The notes beneath the pieces are model-generated. The model worked only from the letters and a program-made list of their open reading frames with translations, searched no databases and was not told the origin of the DNA. 64,000 nucleotides of DNA from Octopus sinensis. Its lineage: Eukaryota. Both the position numbers and the translations under genes were made by a program. Shown here one piece after another: positions 25,455-39,400 of this stretch. Each line of letters starts with the position of its first letter. The stretch's first letter is position 1. The DNA is taken from positions 41,664,001-41,728,000 of the forward strand of contig NC_043002.1 of assembly GCF_006345805.1 (NCBI RefSeq), given 5' to 3'.

Positions 25455-27256
25455 ATATATTACAGCACATTCTCTTTAGAGTATACAGCTTGTCTTTGTT
25501 TAGAATGCCACTCTCTCTTTTTGATTTGCGAGAGCTGTGACATATGTTCTTATTTCGCTCTTTAGATTAAGGTTTTACTTCTCAGTAGTCTTGATGCTTT
25601 ATGAGCTTTCATTGTTGCAATTACTTCTGCAAACGTATTTTTCCTCTCAGAGATGAGTTGATAAATTATATTTTTTTGAGGTATAACAAGTCTATCCTTC
25701 GACTCTCCTCTCCACACAGTTCTTGGATGGTATTTTATTTCATTTACTTTGAAAGGATGAAAGGCAAAGTTGAGCTTGGTGCGAAATGAACTTTGAATGT
25801 AAAGATCTGCAACGAATACCACAAGCTATTTTGTCAGATGCTTTAATGATTCTACCAATCAACCATCCTAACAATGATAATACTAATAGTAATAATAATA
25901 ATAATGATGATGATTTCAAGTTTTGTCACAAGGCCAGCAGTTTCAAGGGATGGAATGGCCATCTGGTACTTATTTTATTGACCCCAAAAGGATGAAAGGC
26001 AAAATTGACCTCAGAAAGTAAAGATGGATGAAATGCCACTAAGCATTTTACCTGGCATGCTAAAGAATCTGCCAGCTCACTACCTTAACAACAACAGCAA
26101 CAACAATAATAATATAATAATGATGCTGAAAATGTATCATGGGTACTAAATTTGTCCTGCTTTTCATTCACTGAATAATACACTGATAAAATTTTTTTGA
26201 AGTTTCACTGAATAAATACATCATCATCATCATCATCATTTAATGTCTTCTATTTTCCATGTTTGCATGGGTCAAACAAAATCTGTTGAGGCAAATATTC
26301 TATGGCTGGATGCCTATCCTGTCACCAACCATCACATGTTTCCTAGCAAGAATTATTTCCCATGATCAAATGTGTGTGTGTGTTACTGTCTCCTTGCCTT
26401 GATATTGTGTGATGTGTGATAGCTGTAAATGAGTGTTATCCTCTTTGCAAGCTGTGTCTTTTGTTTCCAATATTCTGTGAAAACATATCTAGTCATGGGA
26501 AAATATTGCCTTGCTTGGAAACAGTTAAGGGTTAATGGTAGGAAGTGACATCTATCTAGAAAATTTGCATCAACAAATTTCATCCAACTGAATGCGAACA
26601 TGGGAGAGTGGGCATTAAAATGGTGAAGATGATTTTGAAGAATATATGGACGTGTGTGTGTGTGTGTGTGCGTGTGTGTATGCATGCATGTGTGTGTGAA
26701 TGCCTGCGTGCAGCGAGGGGTTTTGTTTTTCGTTTACTGCCAATATTGACTTACTTCAAGCTAAAATGGTACAAATGCTGAAAGCTGGCCATTGCCCAGA
26801 AAAGTTTTATTTGAAAATAAAAAGTTCTATGATAGAATCTTCAAAAAACACCAGATGTAACCTATCTCACTGCACCCCCCCACTCACCCAGCCAATGCCA
26901 TGTTAAGTCCTCATGACTGTATTAGTTTTGCAGTCATTGTTATTATTATTATTACTCTTCTTAGTGGGTTGAGTTATTAATGGTTGACTAAATTCGTAAA
27001 TGTTGAGACATCACTCTTGGAGTATCACTTTTACCAAAAGTGAAATTCCTTGTAAATTGATAACTTTCAACTTTAGTAAACAATTAGTTATTTTCTTTAT
27101 CGTCTCTTGCTTTTTAGATTCTCTTTGTTTTAATGTTGTCTGTGAGAATAGTTTGTAGGTTAACTATGAATTCCTTTCTTTCTTGAAGAGGCATCTAGTC
27201 AATCTCAGAAACAGTTAAACTGAAGTAGTTTATATAGCTGGTAATACATGTATGTG

Positions 27257-27300
<44 letters not shown>

Positions 27301-27329
27301 TATATATAAAGAGAATGTGCTGTGATATA

Positions 27330-27373
<44 letters not shown>

Positions 27374-28042
27374 ATATTACAGCACATTCTCTTTAGAGTA
27401 TACAGCTTGTCTTTGTTTAGAATGCCACTCTCTCTTTTTGATTTGCGAGAGCTGTGACATATGTTCTTATTTCGCTCTTTAGATTAAGGTTTTACTTCTC
27501 AGTAGTCTTGATGCTTTATGAGCTTTCATTGTTGCAATTACTTCTGCAAACGTATTTTTCCTCTCAGAGATGAGTTGATAAATTATATTTTTTTGAGGTA
27601 TAACAAGTCTATCCTTCGACTCTCCTCTCCACACAGTTCTTGGATGGTATTTTATTTCATTTACTTTGAAAGGATGAAAGGCAAAGTTGAGCTTGGTGCG
27701 AAATGAACTTTGAATGTAAAGATCTGCAACGAATACCACAAGCTATTTTGTCAGATGCTTTAATGATTCTACCAATCAACCATCCTAACAATGATAATAC
27801 TAATAGTAATAATAATAATAATAATGATGATGATTTCAAGTTTTGTCACAAGGCCAGCAGTTTCAAGGGATGGAATGGCCATCTGGTACTTATTTTATTG
27901 ACCCCAAAAGGATGAAAGGCAAAATTGACCTCAGAAAGTAAAGATGGATGAAATGCCACTAAGCATTTTACCTGGCATGCTAAAGAATCTGCCAGCTCAC
28001 TACCTTAACAACAACAGCAACAACAATAATAATAATAATAAT
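24205..28042. repeat. Near-identical direct tandem duplication, unit ~1.9 kb
   Basis: gatgctgaaaatgtatcatgggtac at 24221 and 26122; caacaataat at 26101 and 28021. The supplied ORF track repeats identical peptides (24795/26700, 25562/27479, 25601/27518). Confidence 0.95.
24322..24727. repeat. Head-to-head inverted pair of family 'E' repeats (fold-back)
   Basis: 24322-24465 is an imperfect reverse complement of 24583-24727. The pair is duplicated at ~26219-26636. Single copies at ~4660-4830, 39620-39840, 46140-46325, 48720-48980, 54700-54955. Confidence 0.7.
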
Positions 28043-29539
28043 CTTTTCTACTATAAGCACAAGGCCTGAAATTTGTGGGGAGGGGGTAAGTCTCTCACAT
28101 CAAGCCCAGAACTTGACTGGTACTTATTTTATTGACTCTGAAAGGAAGAAAAGGCAAAGCTGACCTCGGTGGAATTTGAACTCAGAACATAAGGATGGAT
28201 GAAATGCTGCAAGTATTTTGCCTGGCATGCTAACAATTCAGCCAGCTCACCGCCTTAATAACGATAATAATGATAATGATTATGATAATTTGGCTCAAGG
28301 CTTGAAATTTTAGCAGGAATTAGCTGAAATTAACGACTCTGGTACTTATAATAATTTTTAGCTTCTTGTAATAAATTTTAATTAGCAATAACCATTGTTT
28401 AGATAACTCTCATTGGCTATAGTACTACGTCAGTGTGATATAACCAGAGAAGATTATCTGAGACTAAGCCAATATTAATAATAATGGTATTAAACAATAG
28501 CAATTGTAAGAATAGCAGTAGTAATGATAATAATGAAGATAATTAATCACAAAATGACAGTGATTTTTCACATTGATGCAATATCACAAATTTATAAGAG
28601 GTTGGTTATAGTATATTGAATTGATCCAGTACTTGACTAGGACTTATTTTTAGGGGTGGGATGTAACAAACTTAATGTAATGAACTATAACAAATCTTTA
28701 ATCACTAAAAATTACACTTATAATGAAAAGAAAGATCCTTAATGTTAATGAAAATTCTTGTCAAAAAACACTAAGTGACAATTCTGAACCCCAGAATGAT
28801 TAAAAAGTGAATGGGGATATGCTATGGGTTATGGGTCATGACTTTGGACAGATAGCTCTGGTTGAATTAGAATTTTGACTGTAGAGTGAGGGAACTAAAT
28901 ATTGGTTTCAAATTTTGGCACAAGGCCGGCAGTTTCAGGGGTGGGGATAAGTCAGTTACATTGACCGTGGTGTTCAGTTCAACTGGTACTTATTTTATCA
29001 ATCCCAAAAAAGATGAAAGGCAAAATTGACCCTGGTTGTATTTGAACCCAGAATGTGAAGACAGACGATATGCCGCTAAGCGTCTTGCCCATTGCATTAG
29101 TGATTCTGCCAACTTGCTGCCTTGAGGCAACTAAGTATGGAAAAGCATTTAGTTCAGTAAACTACCATTTCTGTATTCAATAATAATTATTATTTCTAAC
29201 ATAATTACAGGGTCACACAGTTTGAAGAAAGAATTAGTCAATTAAAATTACACTTTTGTAGTTGACTGGTATTTATCAGTCTAGTTGGGATTTGAGCTCA
29301 GAATCTAAGTAGTCATAAAGCATTTCGTTAACTTTTCTACTGACTCTACTATCCACTGCCCTGCAGTAATAATAATAGAAGCAAGTGAAATTATAGTTTG
29401 CAGCAAAATTCAATATCATTATGGTAAAATCAGAAATTTGAGGAAACTGATGGCTCATGTCACCAACAATTACTCTATAGGATGAGAATAACGATGGAAT
29501 TGATAATGGAGATAATAATGAGTTGCTGCAAGGGTTGAA

Positions 29540-29800
29540 GACTAACATTTCAACCTGTTGCCTTTTATCTGAGAGTAAAGAAGGGAGAGGATTAGGGGTT
29601 GGTGTTTTGGCTGCAAGCTTGTAAATGTAGGGATTGAAGTGAAAGGATGATGTATGTTTGGAGGTGTGGTATGTGAATTGAAAGGGGTGGCTTCAAGAAA
29701 GGGAAGATGATCATGAGAGAGGGGTGTAGCCATGAGAGAAGTGGTATGAGAAGATCAGAAACTGGAATATGAGGTTGTTTTGTGATAGAGGATAGGTTTT
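29540..29800 (-). mobile_element. Possible decayed CR1-like LINE 3' end
   Basis: Purine-rich on + strand; the minus strand gives a His/Pro-rich ...HHPFTSIP... reminiscent of CR1 ORF2 C-termini. Weak support. Confidence 0.3.
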
Positions 29801-32800
29801 CTAATATGTAGAATTATTCATTTAAACCTCAAACTTTTGTGAAGATACTGATGCTTAAGTTTGTCTCTAAAGATGCTGATAGATGACGAGGTGTCTAAAA
29901 TGCTCTTTTTTTCCCCCCTCTTTTCACTGTTCTATCATAAACTCTCAGTGTTACTTTGAAAAGTGATAACAGAGCCAATGAGGTTTCCAATCTTTTTCCT
30001 GATTTATATACATCAATTTCTCCATGCTAGCATAAATATGATTCCCACCTCACTACTTCATATTACACACAACGGCTTTGGCATTGGCATAGTGTTAGGG
30101 AGCAATTGGTTTTTACAAATGGATACTTTTCTCACTGCTAACCATTCAACAATGAAATGAAAGTGGAACCGGTTATCAACCAGGTAAACTGAAGCAAACA
30201 AAGTTGTTTCTTGTTCAGGTATAGAAAATATCTGCAAGTAATGCTTGAGTAAATGACAATTAGTGGACTTAACTTTCTTTTGCTCCAAATTATTGATTAA
30301 ATTGCCTGGTGGCTTAAGACTTGGAACTAAAAGGCAGCAAATTTTCCTAGATTCTATAGATTTGGGAACCTCTAATATATTCTAATGAGAGTGTAAATGG
30401 AAAAGAAGCATGGTTGATTGAATTAATCTCCAGTTCTCAGCTGAGATGATAGTTTCCCAATTTTGGAATGAATGAATGAACAGCAAAGTCAACTTTGGTA
30501 AAATATGAGGATTAAGCTGTGTGGTTAAGAAGCTGGCTTTGTGAGCTCCTGGTTTCAGGTTCAGTTTTCCTGTATGGCACTTTGGGCAAGTGAAATCTAT
30601 TATAGCTCCAGGGAGACCAATGCATCGAAGTTCACTTTGTGTGTAGGTTTGTCTCTCCCACTACTTGACTTAGTAGTTCAGCAAAATAGGCCTGTAAATA
30701 AGTATAAAACTTTTTTAAAATTTGGTAAGCAGTCCAATAGCTGAAACAAGTAAAAGATAAAAAGCTATTAAGCTGGGGTTTTGGAACATAACATGAAATA
30801 TTAATGTAATGCTTCTTTGTTACAAACTTCATTTTTTGAAGTAATCTAAATTAAAACAAGAGCAGTTTCAGGTGGTTTGGTATCAAAGAGGTTAAACATA
30901 TTAGACCACATACTAAATACTCTCTTTTACTCTCTTATTTGTTTCAGTCATTTGACTGCAGCCATGCTGGAGCACTTCTTTAAAGCATTTTTAGTCGAAG
31001 AAATCGACCCCAGGACTCATTCTTTGTAAACATAGTACTTATTCTATTGGTCTCTTATGTTAAACCATTAAGTTACAGGGATGTAAACACACCTACATTG
31101 GTTGTCGAGCAATGGTGGGGGTGGGGACACATATGCAATGATACACACACATAAACATATACTTATATGCAATGGGCGTCTTTCAGTTTCCATCTACCAG
31201 ATCCTCTCACAAGGCTTTGGTTGACCTGAGCTATAGTAGAAGACACTCATCCAAGGTGCCATGCAGTGAGATTGAACCCTGAACCATGTGGTTGGAAAGC
31301 AAGCTTCTTACCACACAGTTACATCTGTGCCTCTCTCAAATCTTCTGGAGTTTCTTATTTTCTTATGTGTTTCATCTGAAACACTGACCTTCAGAAGTTC
31401 AAAATGAACATATCCTAATATTAACTTTATTCAGCTGTCTATCTGCAACAGTCTGGGAAACCTCATCCAGCTGTCTAAAACGGTCTGTCAAAAATTACAG
31501 ATACTCTACTTCCCCTTCAGGCTAAACTATATTCATGAAGGAAGCTAACATTATAACCCACTCACACATTATTTATACTTCATAAAAACTAAACAATTAG
31601 CCAGCTAGGAGACTTCCATGTGGTAACACAGTTTGTCAGAAATAGTAGCTGAAATTTCTCTCAAATTTTAACCTGCCACCTTGAGGATATATTAGACCAT
31701 GCAGTTCCTGATATACAAAATGACAGGATGGTCTATAACTGGAATGCTTTTGATTAGGGCTTACTTGAAGCTAAACAACTGCTAAATAATATCAAAAGGC
31801 TTTAAGAGAAATTTGTAGTTAAAATACAGCTGAAGGCAACTACAAGACCATTGAAAATTTTGGAGTAAAACACAGCTGAAGAACTTCATATCGAAAAGGA
31901 AGTTGGTGAGTGGGAAGCTAATTTCATGAGAGCTAAAATGATAGTTCAACTACCTTATCATACACATACATACAAGTACAAATGAACTTATTGGTACACA
32001 CACACGCACATGCATTCATGTACCCATATATACATGCGTATAGATATATAAATACACATATATGTATGTATTTACTTGTGTGTGTCCATGTTTATGCTTA
32101 CACTTCTTAAAAACCGATGTTGTAATTATGTTGTGTCCAGTTGTCATTTAACTTAACAGTTCAATAAATAGAGATAAATAATATAGTACATCTGAGTGAA
32201 TTGAATACAAATAGGCTAACTACCTGCCATGGCAGTAACACAATGACTAAAACTAGTAAGGGAATAACAGAACACACACACATACTCACACACATACAAA
32301 CACACATAGAAATGCACAGAGGGAATAAGAGTTGAAGACAAAAAAGGTTGAGGAGGAGGAGAGAGAGAGAGAGAGAAAAATAAGAGAGAAAGGGGAAATT
32401 ATATAGCACAATGTAACTTAAGCAATTTCCGAATGTCAACTGAAGGTATAAAAATCTCCAATGCAAGAATGGTAATTTCCATTCCAGTCTAGCATAAGAT
32501 CAAAGTGCCGCCTTCTAACATTTTCATCTCCAATCATTGCATTCCATGAAACTTTCTATCCCTACTTCTGAGCAATAGGTGTAATTGTAAACAACAATGA
32601 GTTTTGACCTTTGACATTGATTATATTAACTTCAAAAGCCAATGTTGCTACAAGTTTGGAAATCTGGCTTCCTCAATGTGCAATATTAGATAAAACCAAA
32701 GACCCGTTTATAGTGCTCTGACAAGATCGTGGGTTGGGATACACTTTTCTTTTTCCCCCCTTTTTTTTTATTATCATTTTTTTATCTTCTTCTAAATCTC

Positions 32801-33054
32801 AAAACACTTTGATTTTTTCACTCTGTAGTGTATTTTATTTTGTTAAATGGACATTAGTAGAAAAACCTAACCTGTTAAGTGCTAAGTAACTGACAAAATT
32901 GTCTTGTAGAGCAATCAGTGTTTCTCATGGCAAAGAGGGGTTTGTAAAGATTGAAATAAGAACAAGCAAAATAGCTATGTTCAATAAAATTAAGGTGGTT
33001 TTTAGACTTTCTGAAGCTGTCTAAATTCATGACAAATATGAAAATTTACTTGTA

Positions 33055-33118
<64 letters not shown>

Positions 33119-33807
33119 GTTTCAGTAAATCATAAATCAAATAATAATAATAATAGTAACAATAACAACAACAGCAACAACAACATGTCCCAAACATATT
33201 TGAACTGATCTAAAAGTTTTTTTTTCACAGTACTGCTTTGCATGCATACTGTCTATCTGTCTTATCACATTTTATGTGTATGAGTGTGTCCAAGTCTGTT
33301 TGTGTTTTGGTGTATTGTTTATGATTGTGGCTTTTCATATCATGTAACTTAGCAATTCAACAAAAAGAAGTACCAGACTGAAACAAAAAGAAGTACTAGA
33401 CTGAAACAAATACTGAGGTTGATATAATTTGCTAAAACCATTAGAGACAGGGGCTACAGTATGGCCACAGTTCAATGACTAAAACCAGTAAAAAAAAATA
33501 TCTTAATACTGTCACATTAAATAAGTAACATGAATTACCAACACTTCTTATATAATTTAGTTATATAACAAAAACAATTATACAGAGTATATCAGTTACA
33601 AGCAGGAACTGTAGCCAAAAGATATATATGCAAGACAGAGTTTATGATAATAATAAGGCAACTTACTGTAACTTATGCAAAATAAGCTCATTAATTTTCA
33701 GCTTTCAAAATCCATGGATTTTTAGCTGCAGGTCAAACTTGATTGAAACAAAACTTATGATCAAATGTGTTCCAGCTGTGAACATCTAATGTGTGTGCAT
33801 TTACAAG

Positions 33808-34032
33808 TGCAAGTGGGTGCTGAAAAGTTTCTGGCTTTGGGTAAAAGAAAATACAGGAGGATCAGTTAATTATGATTTTATGCAACACATTCCCTCCCCT
33901 TTCAGATTCACATACTTGTTGCAGATGTCTTTCAGTTTTTCTAAGCCCTGTAAAAGAACTCGGAAGGTTGGGCATCCAATGAGGCCTTTCGTGATACCCT
34001 TAAAGCCAGGAACTTTTCAGCACCCTCTCATA
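33808..34032 (+). mobile_element. Mariner-type MITE (~220 bp), multi-copy
   Basis: TIR gggtgctgaaaagttyctggcttt / aaagccaggaacttttcagcaccc. Other copies: ~21264-21425 (-), ~21462-21680 (-), ~44508-44730 (+), ~50882-51094 (+), ~51357-51485 (+, partial). Confidence 0.8.
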
Positions 34033-36039
34033 AGTACAGACGGGGTACCAAGGACCACATGCATACTTCCTTTTTTCAAAAAATATTTGGCAAGACTTGT
34101 CAGCTATTTCTAAAGGTTTGCTTTTATATTTCATGTTCTGGCCCCCCATTTACTTTTCATTTCACTAGGCGCATCAGAACGCATACAATAGATCCCTGGA
34201 ATGTGTTCAAGGGGCAAGAATTTTAATCTATTGGATTGTAAGGCATTAAACAAATGGTCTTGATTAAATGCATCTGGGGTTAAGTGGAATGGGGGTTATC
34301 TTGGGAGAGCTCATCAACCAAGCTATATTCTCAGGAAGAATTAATACACCATCCCTGCACACTAATGGACCAATGAACTGAAGCACCTCACCAGTTCTAC
34401 AGAAATGCTGCTAACTGGTACCATGAGTTATTCCTATCCTGCAACACTAATTTTCAACTAGATAGGCAAGGCCATTTGAGAGATAAATGTTTTGCCTCTT
34501 GACCCAAAGCAGTGCAGGTTACAGGATGCAAACAAACAGACAATCTTTCAGTTATTTTCTTTAGTAAACAATTATCTTTTTCTTGTTCCAGTCATTGGAC
34601 TGCAGTTTGTTAGGGCTCTGCCTTGAAGGGTTTAGTAGTGGAACAAATTAACACCAGTACTTATTTTTTAAAAGTCTGTTACTTATTCTATCACTCTCAT
34701 TTACCAAAACTGTTACATTACTGGGATGTAAATAAACCAACACTGGTTGTCAAACAGTTGAGGACACACACATACACATACACACACATGATGGACTTCA
34801 ACACAGTTTCCATTTATCAATATTCCCTCACAGAGTATTGGTTAGCCTGCTGGTTGGTCTGGAGCAGTTGGAGAAAATACTTGCCAAAAGTGCTGCATAG
34901 TGGGAATGAACCTGAAATCTTGTGGTTACAAAGCAAACATTGACTAAAGCAACAGCTTTTGTTTTTAATTTCAACAACAATATGGTAACAAATGGGTTAA
35001 TGGGGAAGAGAATAGCAAACACGATTTAAGGGTCTAGGTTAGAAGTGTTGATCTGCCAGCAAGTTCAGACATAGGGAGACCATTGTAGTAGTAGTGACAG
35101 CAGAAGCAGAGAGTTCTTGGCTCAATTATGAAGAAGACATGAGGTGAGTGAAGATGTATTCATGAACTACAGAAAACGTATTGGTTAAGTTAGGATTAAT
35201 TAGCATGACAATAGTAAATATCCTATCCACTATTACACATGTGAGTAGTGACTCATAAGATAGCAGTGTTAATGAATATTTTCTATAAGACACAATGTAA
35301 TGCAAAGACAGTATTCTGTGTTTGCCAAGGGAGTTGGAGGATTTGCTTATTTTTCTCCTGATTTGCTTTCAGATTCAGTTCTAACTTTCTAGAATATGAC
35401 TTGCATTTAAGAATGCATTGAACAAAAGTATTAACTTGTAGCCAAAAGATAAATATATTATTAACTTAACTGAGTGAGAAAGGAGTATAAATGTGCCAAG
35501 ACGGTAGTTCATTTGAAAAACAAGCAACAACAGATTTTAGTTGTTGGTGCTGCCAAATATAGGTTCAAAGAGAAATCAATAAAAGAATGGTTAGATTCAA
35601 TTCTATGTTCAATAGAAAGATATCAGTTCAGAAGAATAATAACACACAGTTCAAGAAAACTTCATTTGTGTGAATAGTAACTAGTTAATGTAATTCAGAT
35701 GCTGTTTTCTTAAGCAAAGTAGCATAGTTACTATAAAAGCTTTATATTTCTATAGGTGTTTTCTCCAACTGTGCAAGTACCATAGAACTGTGATGATTAT
35801 CTAGCAAGTAATGTATGGCTTTCAACTATAGGCACAAGGCCTGAAATTTTGGGAAAGATGCTAGTCAATGACATTGACCCCAGTATGTAACTAGTACTTA
35901 TTTTATTGACCTTCAAAGGATGAAAGGTAAAGTCGACCTTGATGGAATTTGAACTTAGAATGTAAATAATCTGAAGAAATGTTGCTTAGCATTTTGTCCA
36001 ACATGCTAACAATTTTGCTAGCTCACCACTTTAGCAAGT

Positions 36040-36400
36040 AATGAAATTTTCATGTTCATTCTCCAGCTGAGTTTGTTTTATTTCATGTCATCTTGTCCCT
36101 TTGGTTTCCAGCTGATTCTATGTGATTCACATTTGTCTAAGTCAAGCATTCCCTCTTTGGGACCAGAAATTACTTGAGGCTTCAACAATTACTAATCCTC
36201 ATTAAAGCTCAGGTGAAACTTGAGTGATCTCACATCTTGGAGAGTGCAGCTGCTGCATTTTAGATCACATACCCATACATTCTGGACCACATTCAAAGAA
36301 AGTGCAGCCGACAGATTTGCATGAAGTTGCTCCCACCTCTGAACTGCAAATTTGCTGTCTCCTCTCTCTGCCTTCTCTATTGCTTTTTAAGGCTTCTGCG
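36040..36400 (+). mobile_element. Decayed CR1-group LINE, RT C-terminal region
   Basis: LIKAQVKLE*SHIL...LDHIQRK...LPPL...AVSSLCLLY resembles the CR1-like consensus LYKAQVRPxLEYCSHIW...LDRIQRRA...VASLCLFYRY. Confidence 0.55.
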
Positions 36401-39400
36401 CCTTAAAGCTAACTGTTTTTGTATCACTTCCATTCAAGCACACTTGTGTGTCTCTCCCTCTTTTCATCCTCCTCCTCTGTCTGTTTTCCATGCTGGCATG
36501 AGTTCGATGGTTTGACAGAAGCTGGCTAGCAAGAGGGCTGCACCAGACTCCAATTGTCTGTTTTAACGTTTTTGGCTTCGTAAATAACATGTGGGAGTAT
36601 AACAAGCAGTAGTGTCATTGGCCAATAAGAGGGTTTCTACTTGGTTGCTCAACTTAAAACAAAACAGCAACCAAATTTCCTCACATCACACCCTATTACC
36701 TTAAAAAAGAAGGGCTGATCATAATTGAATGTCTTTTATCATATACCTACTTGTAAGTGGATTTGGTAAATGGACACTGAAATAAGCCCATCATATATAA
36801 ATATAAATATATAATATATATATATATATAATATATAATATATATATATATTATATATATATATATATATATCATCATCATCATTTAACGTCAGCTTTCC
36901 ATGCTAGCATGGGCTGAATGAATGACTGAGGGCTAGTGAACCAGATGGCTGCACCAGGCTTCAATCTTGATCTGGCAGAATTTCTATAGCTTGATGCCCT
37001 TCCTAACGCCAACCACTCCGAGGGTGTAGTGGGTGCTTTTACATGCCACCGGCACAGGGCCAGTCAAGTGGTACTGGCAACAACCTCACTCGAATCTTTT
37101 ACACATGCCACCGGCACAGGTGCTAGTAAGGCGATGCTGGTAACGGTATATATTTGTGTGTGTGTGTGTGTATCTATGTGTGCCTGTGTTTATCCACCAC
37201 CACCACTTGACAATTGTTGTTGATGTGTTTACGTCCTCATAACTTTGCAGCTCAGCAAAAGAGATCAATAGAATAAGTATCAGGCTTAGAAAAAAATAAG
37301 TCCTGCAGTTGATTTGTTCAATTAAAACCTGTCAAGGCAGTGCCCCAGCATGGCCACAGTCAAATGACTGAAACAAGTAAAAGATTTTAAAAAATAAAAG
37401 ATAAATGAGTGTTACACTTGACAGAGTAATCTGAAGGCTAAAGGGTTAGATTATCTCCAGAAAACTAGAAAATCCAGAAATCCAGGACATTTCCAGTCCT
37501 AAGCTTGCTTGATAATTGGTCTGGTGCTGTGTATGAGTTCAAATTCTTCCACTACAATCACTGACTTTTTTAAAACTCAGTACAAGAAAACAACGAGGTG
37601 TTTAACTGTGATTTAACAGCCTAATGGTTTATGAGACTTAATGAAAATAGGAAATCAAATTGTATTAGAATTGAAGATATTAGTACAAAACCCCTAATGA
37701 CACTCTTGAAGAGTTAATCATTGACTCTTTTGTTTTTGCTGGAAGATGTAAATTAATTACTCTTCGGACTTCCATAATGGGGTGGGTATTAAAGCTGGAT
37801 TAATCCTTACAAATGAGAAAATGTTGTTAAATTAAAAGATTTGCTTTAAAAAAGAAAACGGAAAAGAAAAGAAAATATTATGCTTTAGCTAGAAGGTAAA
37901 CATTTTGGCACTGCACTAATTGTTCTTGTTAGCTGTGAAGATTCTAATTTCTAACCTGTCAGCATGACTTAACTTGGAAGATGCATTTGAAAGAAGGTGA
38001 ATCCAGTTTTTTTTTTTTGCTCACAGCTGAATTTAATTACTTTAATTATTTGTGATTTTGGAAACTAATGACCTTTTGCGCTTGAAGATCGTTTATTTAT
38101 CTTTATTATTATTTATTATTTTTTTTGGTTATATTTCAGTTTACTTGAAATGCACATGCATACAAACGCTCTGTGTGTCTCTCTCTCTCTTACACACACA
38201 CACAATAAACAGGCATATACTTCACACACACAGTCACTATACTAACTTCACTGCATTCACCTAAGTCAATGAATGAGTTAGTCTCTACTTGGTTGCTTCA
38301 CATGCTACGAAATGGCAACCATATTTTCCTCATATTGCACCCTATTACCTTAAAATAGATGAGATGTCCATGGCTGGAATGCCTTTAACATTCACACAAG
38401 GAAGCTTGTGTGAATGAATGAATGAATGAGTGTGTGTGTGTTTGTGCATGTTCATACACATACAAAGTGACAGATGTTTATTTTCTTGGGCCCCAGGAAG
38501 AATAAAAATGTAGCAGACTTCAGTGGAATTTCAACTTGGAAATATACAGAGATGAAACTGATGTTCTATTGTCTTAGCCATATTCTCTTGCTTAAATATG
38601 GATCTTCTTTTTATTCTTTGAAAAGCTAGTGGAATGCATAGTTTGTCCTATTCATCTCACTTCCTAATTTATATCTATTCTGTCATCCCATGGAATGAAA
38701 CGCAAAGGCCTCACCCTCATGAGATTTGAACTCAGATCATAGAGGGACAAGTCTGAATAAATACTTCAAGAAAATTTTTTTGCCATCATGCTAGACTCTT
38801 CTGCCTATTCATCACTGCTAGATTTCAATTCTTAGTTTGCTAAGCACGTGACCATATTTTGTAGCTTCTAGAGAGATGTGAGAAAATAGATGAGATTTTT
38901 GTAAGTGAAGACATTATTGCTTGTGAGAATTCTTTTAGCTAGCATTAGAAATTGTGACCTTGGCATTAATGGTAGTATAAATATGAACCACAGATAGTCT
39001 GGCCAGGTGATATGTGGTTTGTGCATGGGTTTGTCACCATTGCAATGATATTTGCTTTGATTGGGTTATCACAAGCTCTGGGTAGTATAACATCCTTACT
39101 TCATGAATAACTACATCTCTTTTTACTTTACTGTATCCTGTATAACTTTTTATTTTCATATCTATAACCTGCTTTACTGTGGAATGTGTGTGTGTATATA
39201 AATATATATATATGTGTCAAAATTGTAATGATATTTGCTTGATAACTGATGAGGGATTGAGCAGCTCTATGTCCACTCTGTGTATGTGTGTATGTTTTCC
39301 TCCATATGTTCATTTGTTGTCTTCTTGAGCTACATTTTTATTAAGTATTATTATTATTATTATTATTTTTACTATGGTTAAGGCAGCAAGCTGGCAGAAT

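Noticed and set aside
38052-38264. ORF with a hydrophobic LSLLLFIIFF stretch (possible signal peptide)
   Set aside because: Non-ATG start; the hydrophobicity comes from TTA/T runs and the ORF ends in a CA microsatellite.
39246-39275. CTGATGAG followed by a hairpin (possible hammerhead)
   Set aside because: No downstream GAAA, stem III or cleavage triplet. Similar isolated CUGANGA hits on the minus strand near 12930, 15960 and 62225 also lack stem II or GAAA geometry.
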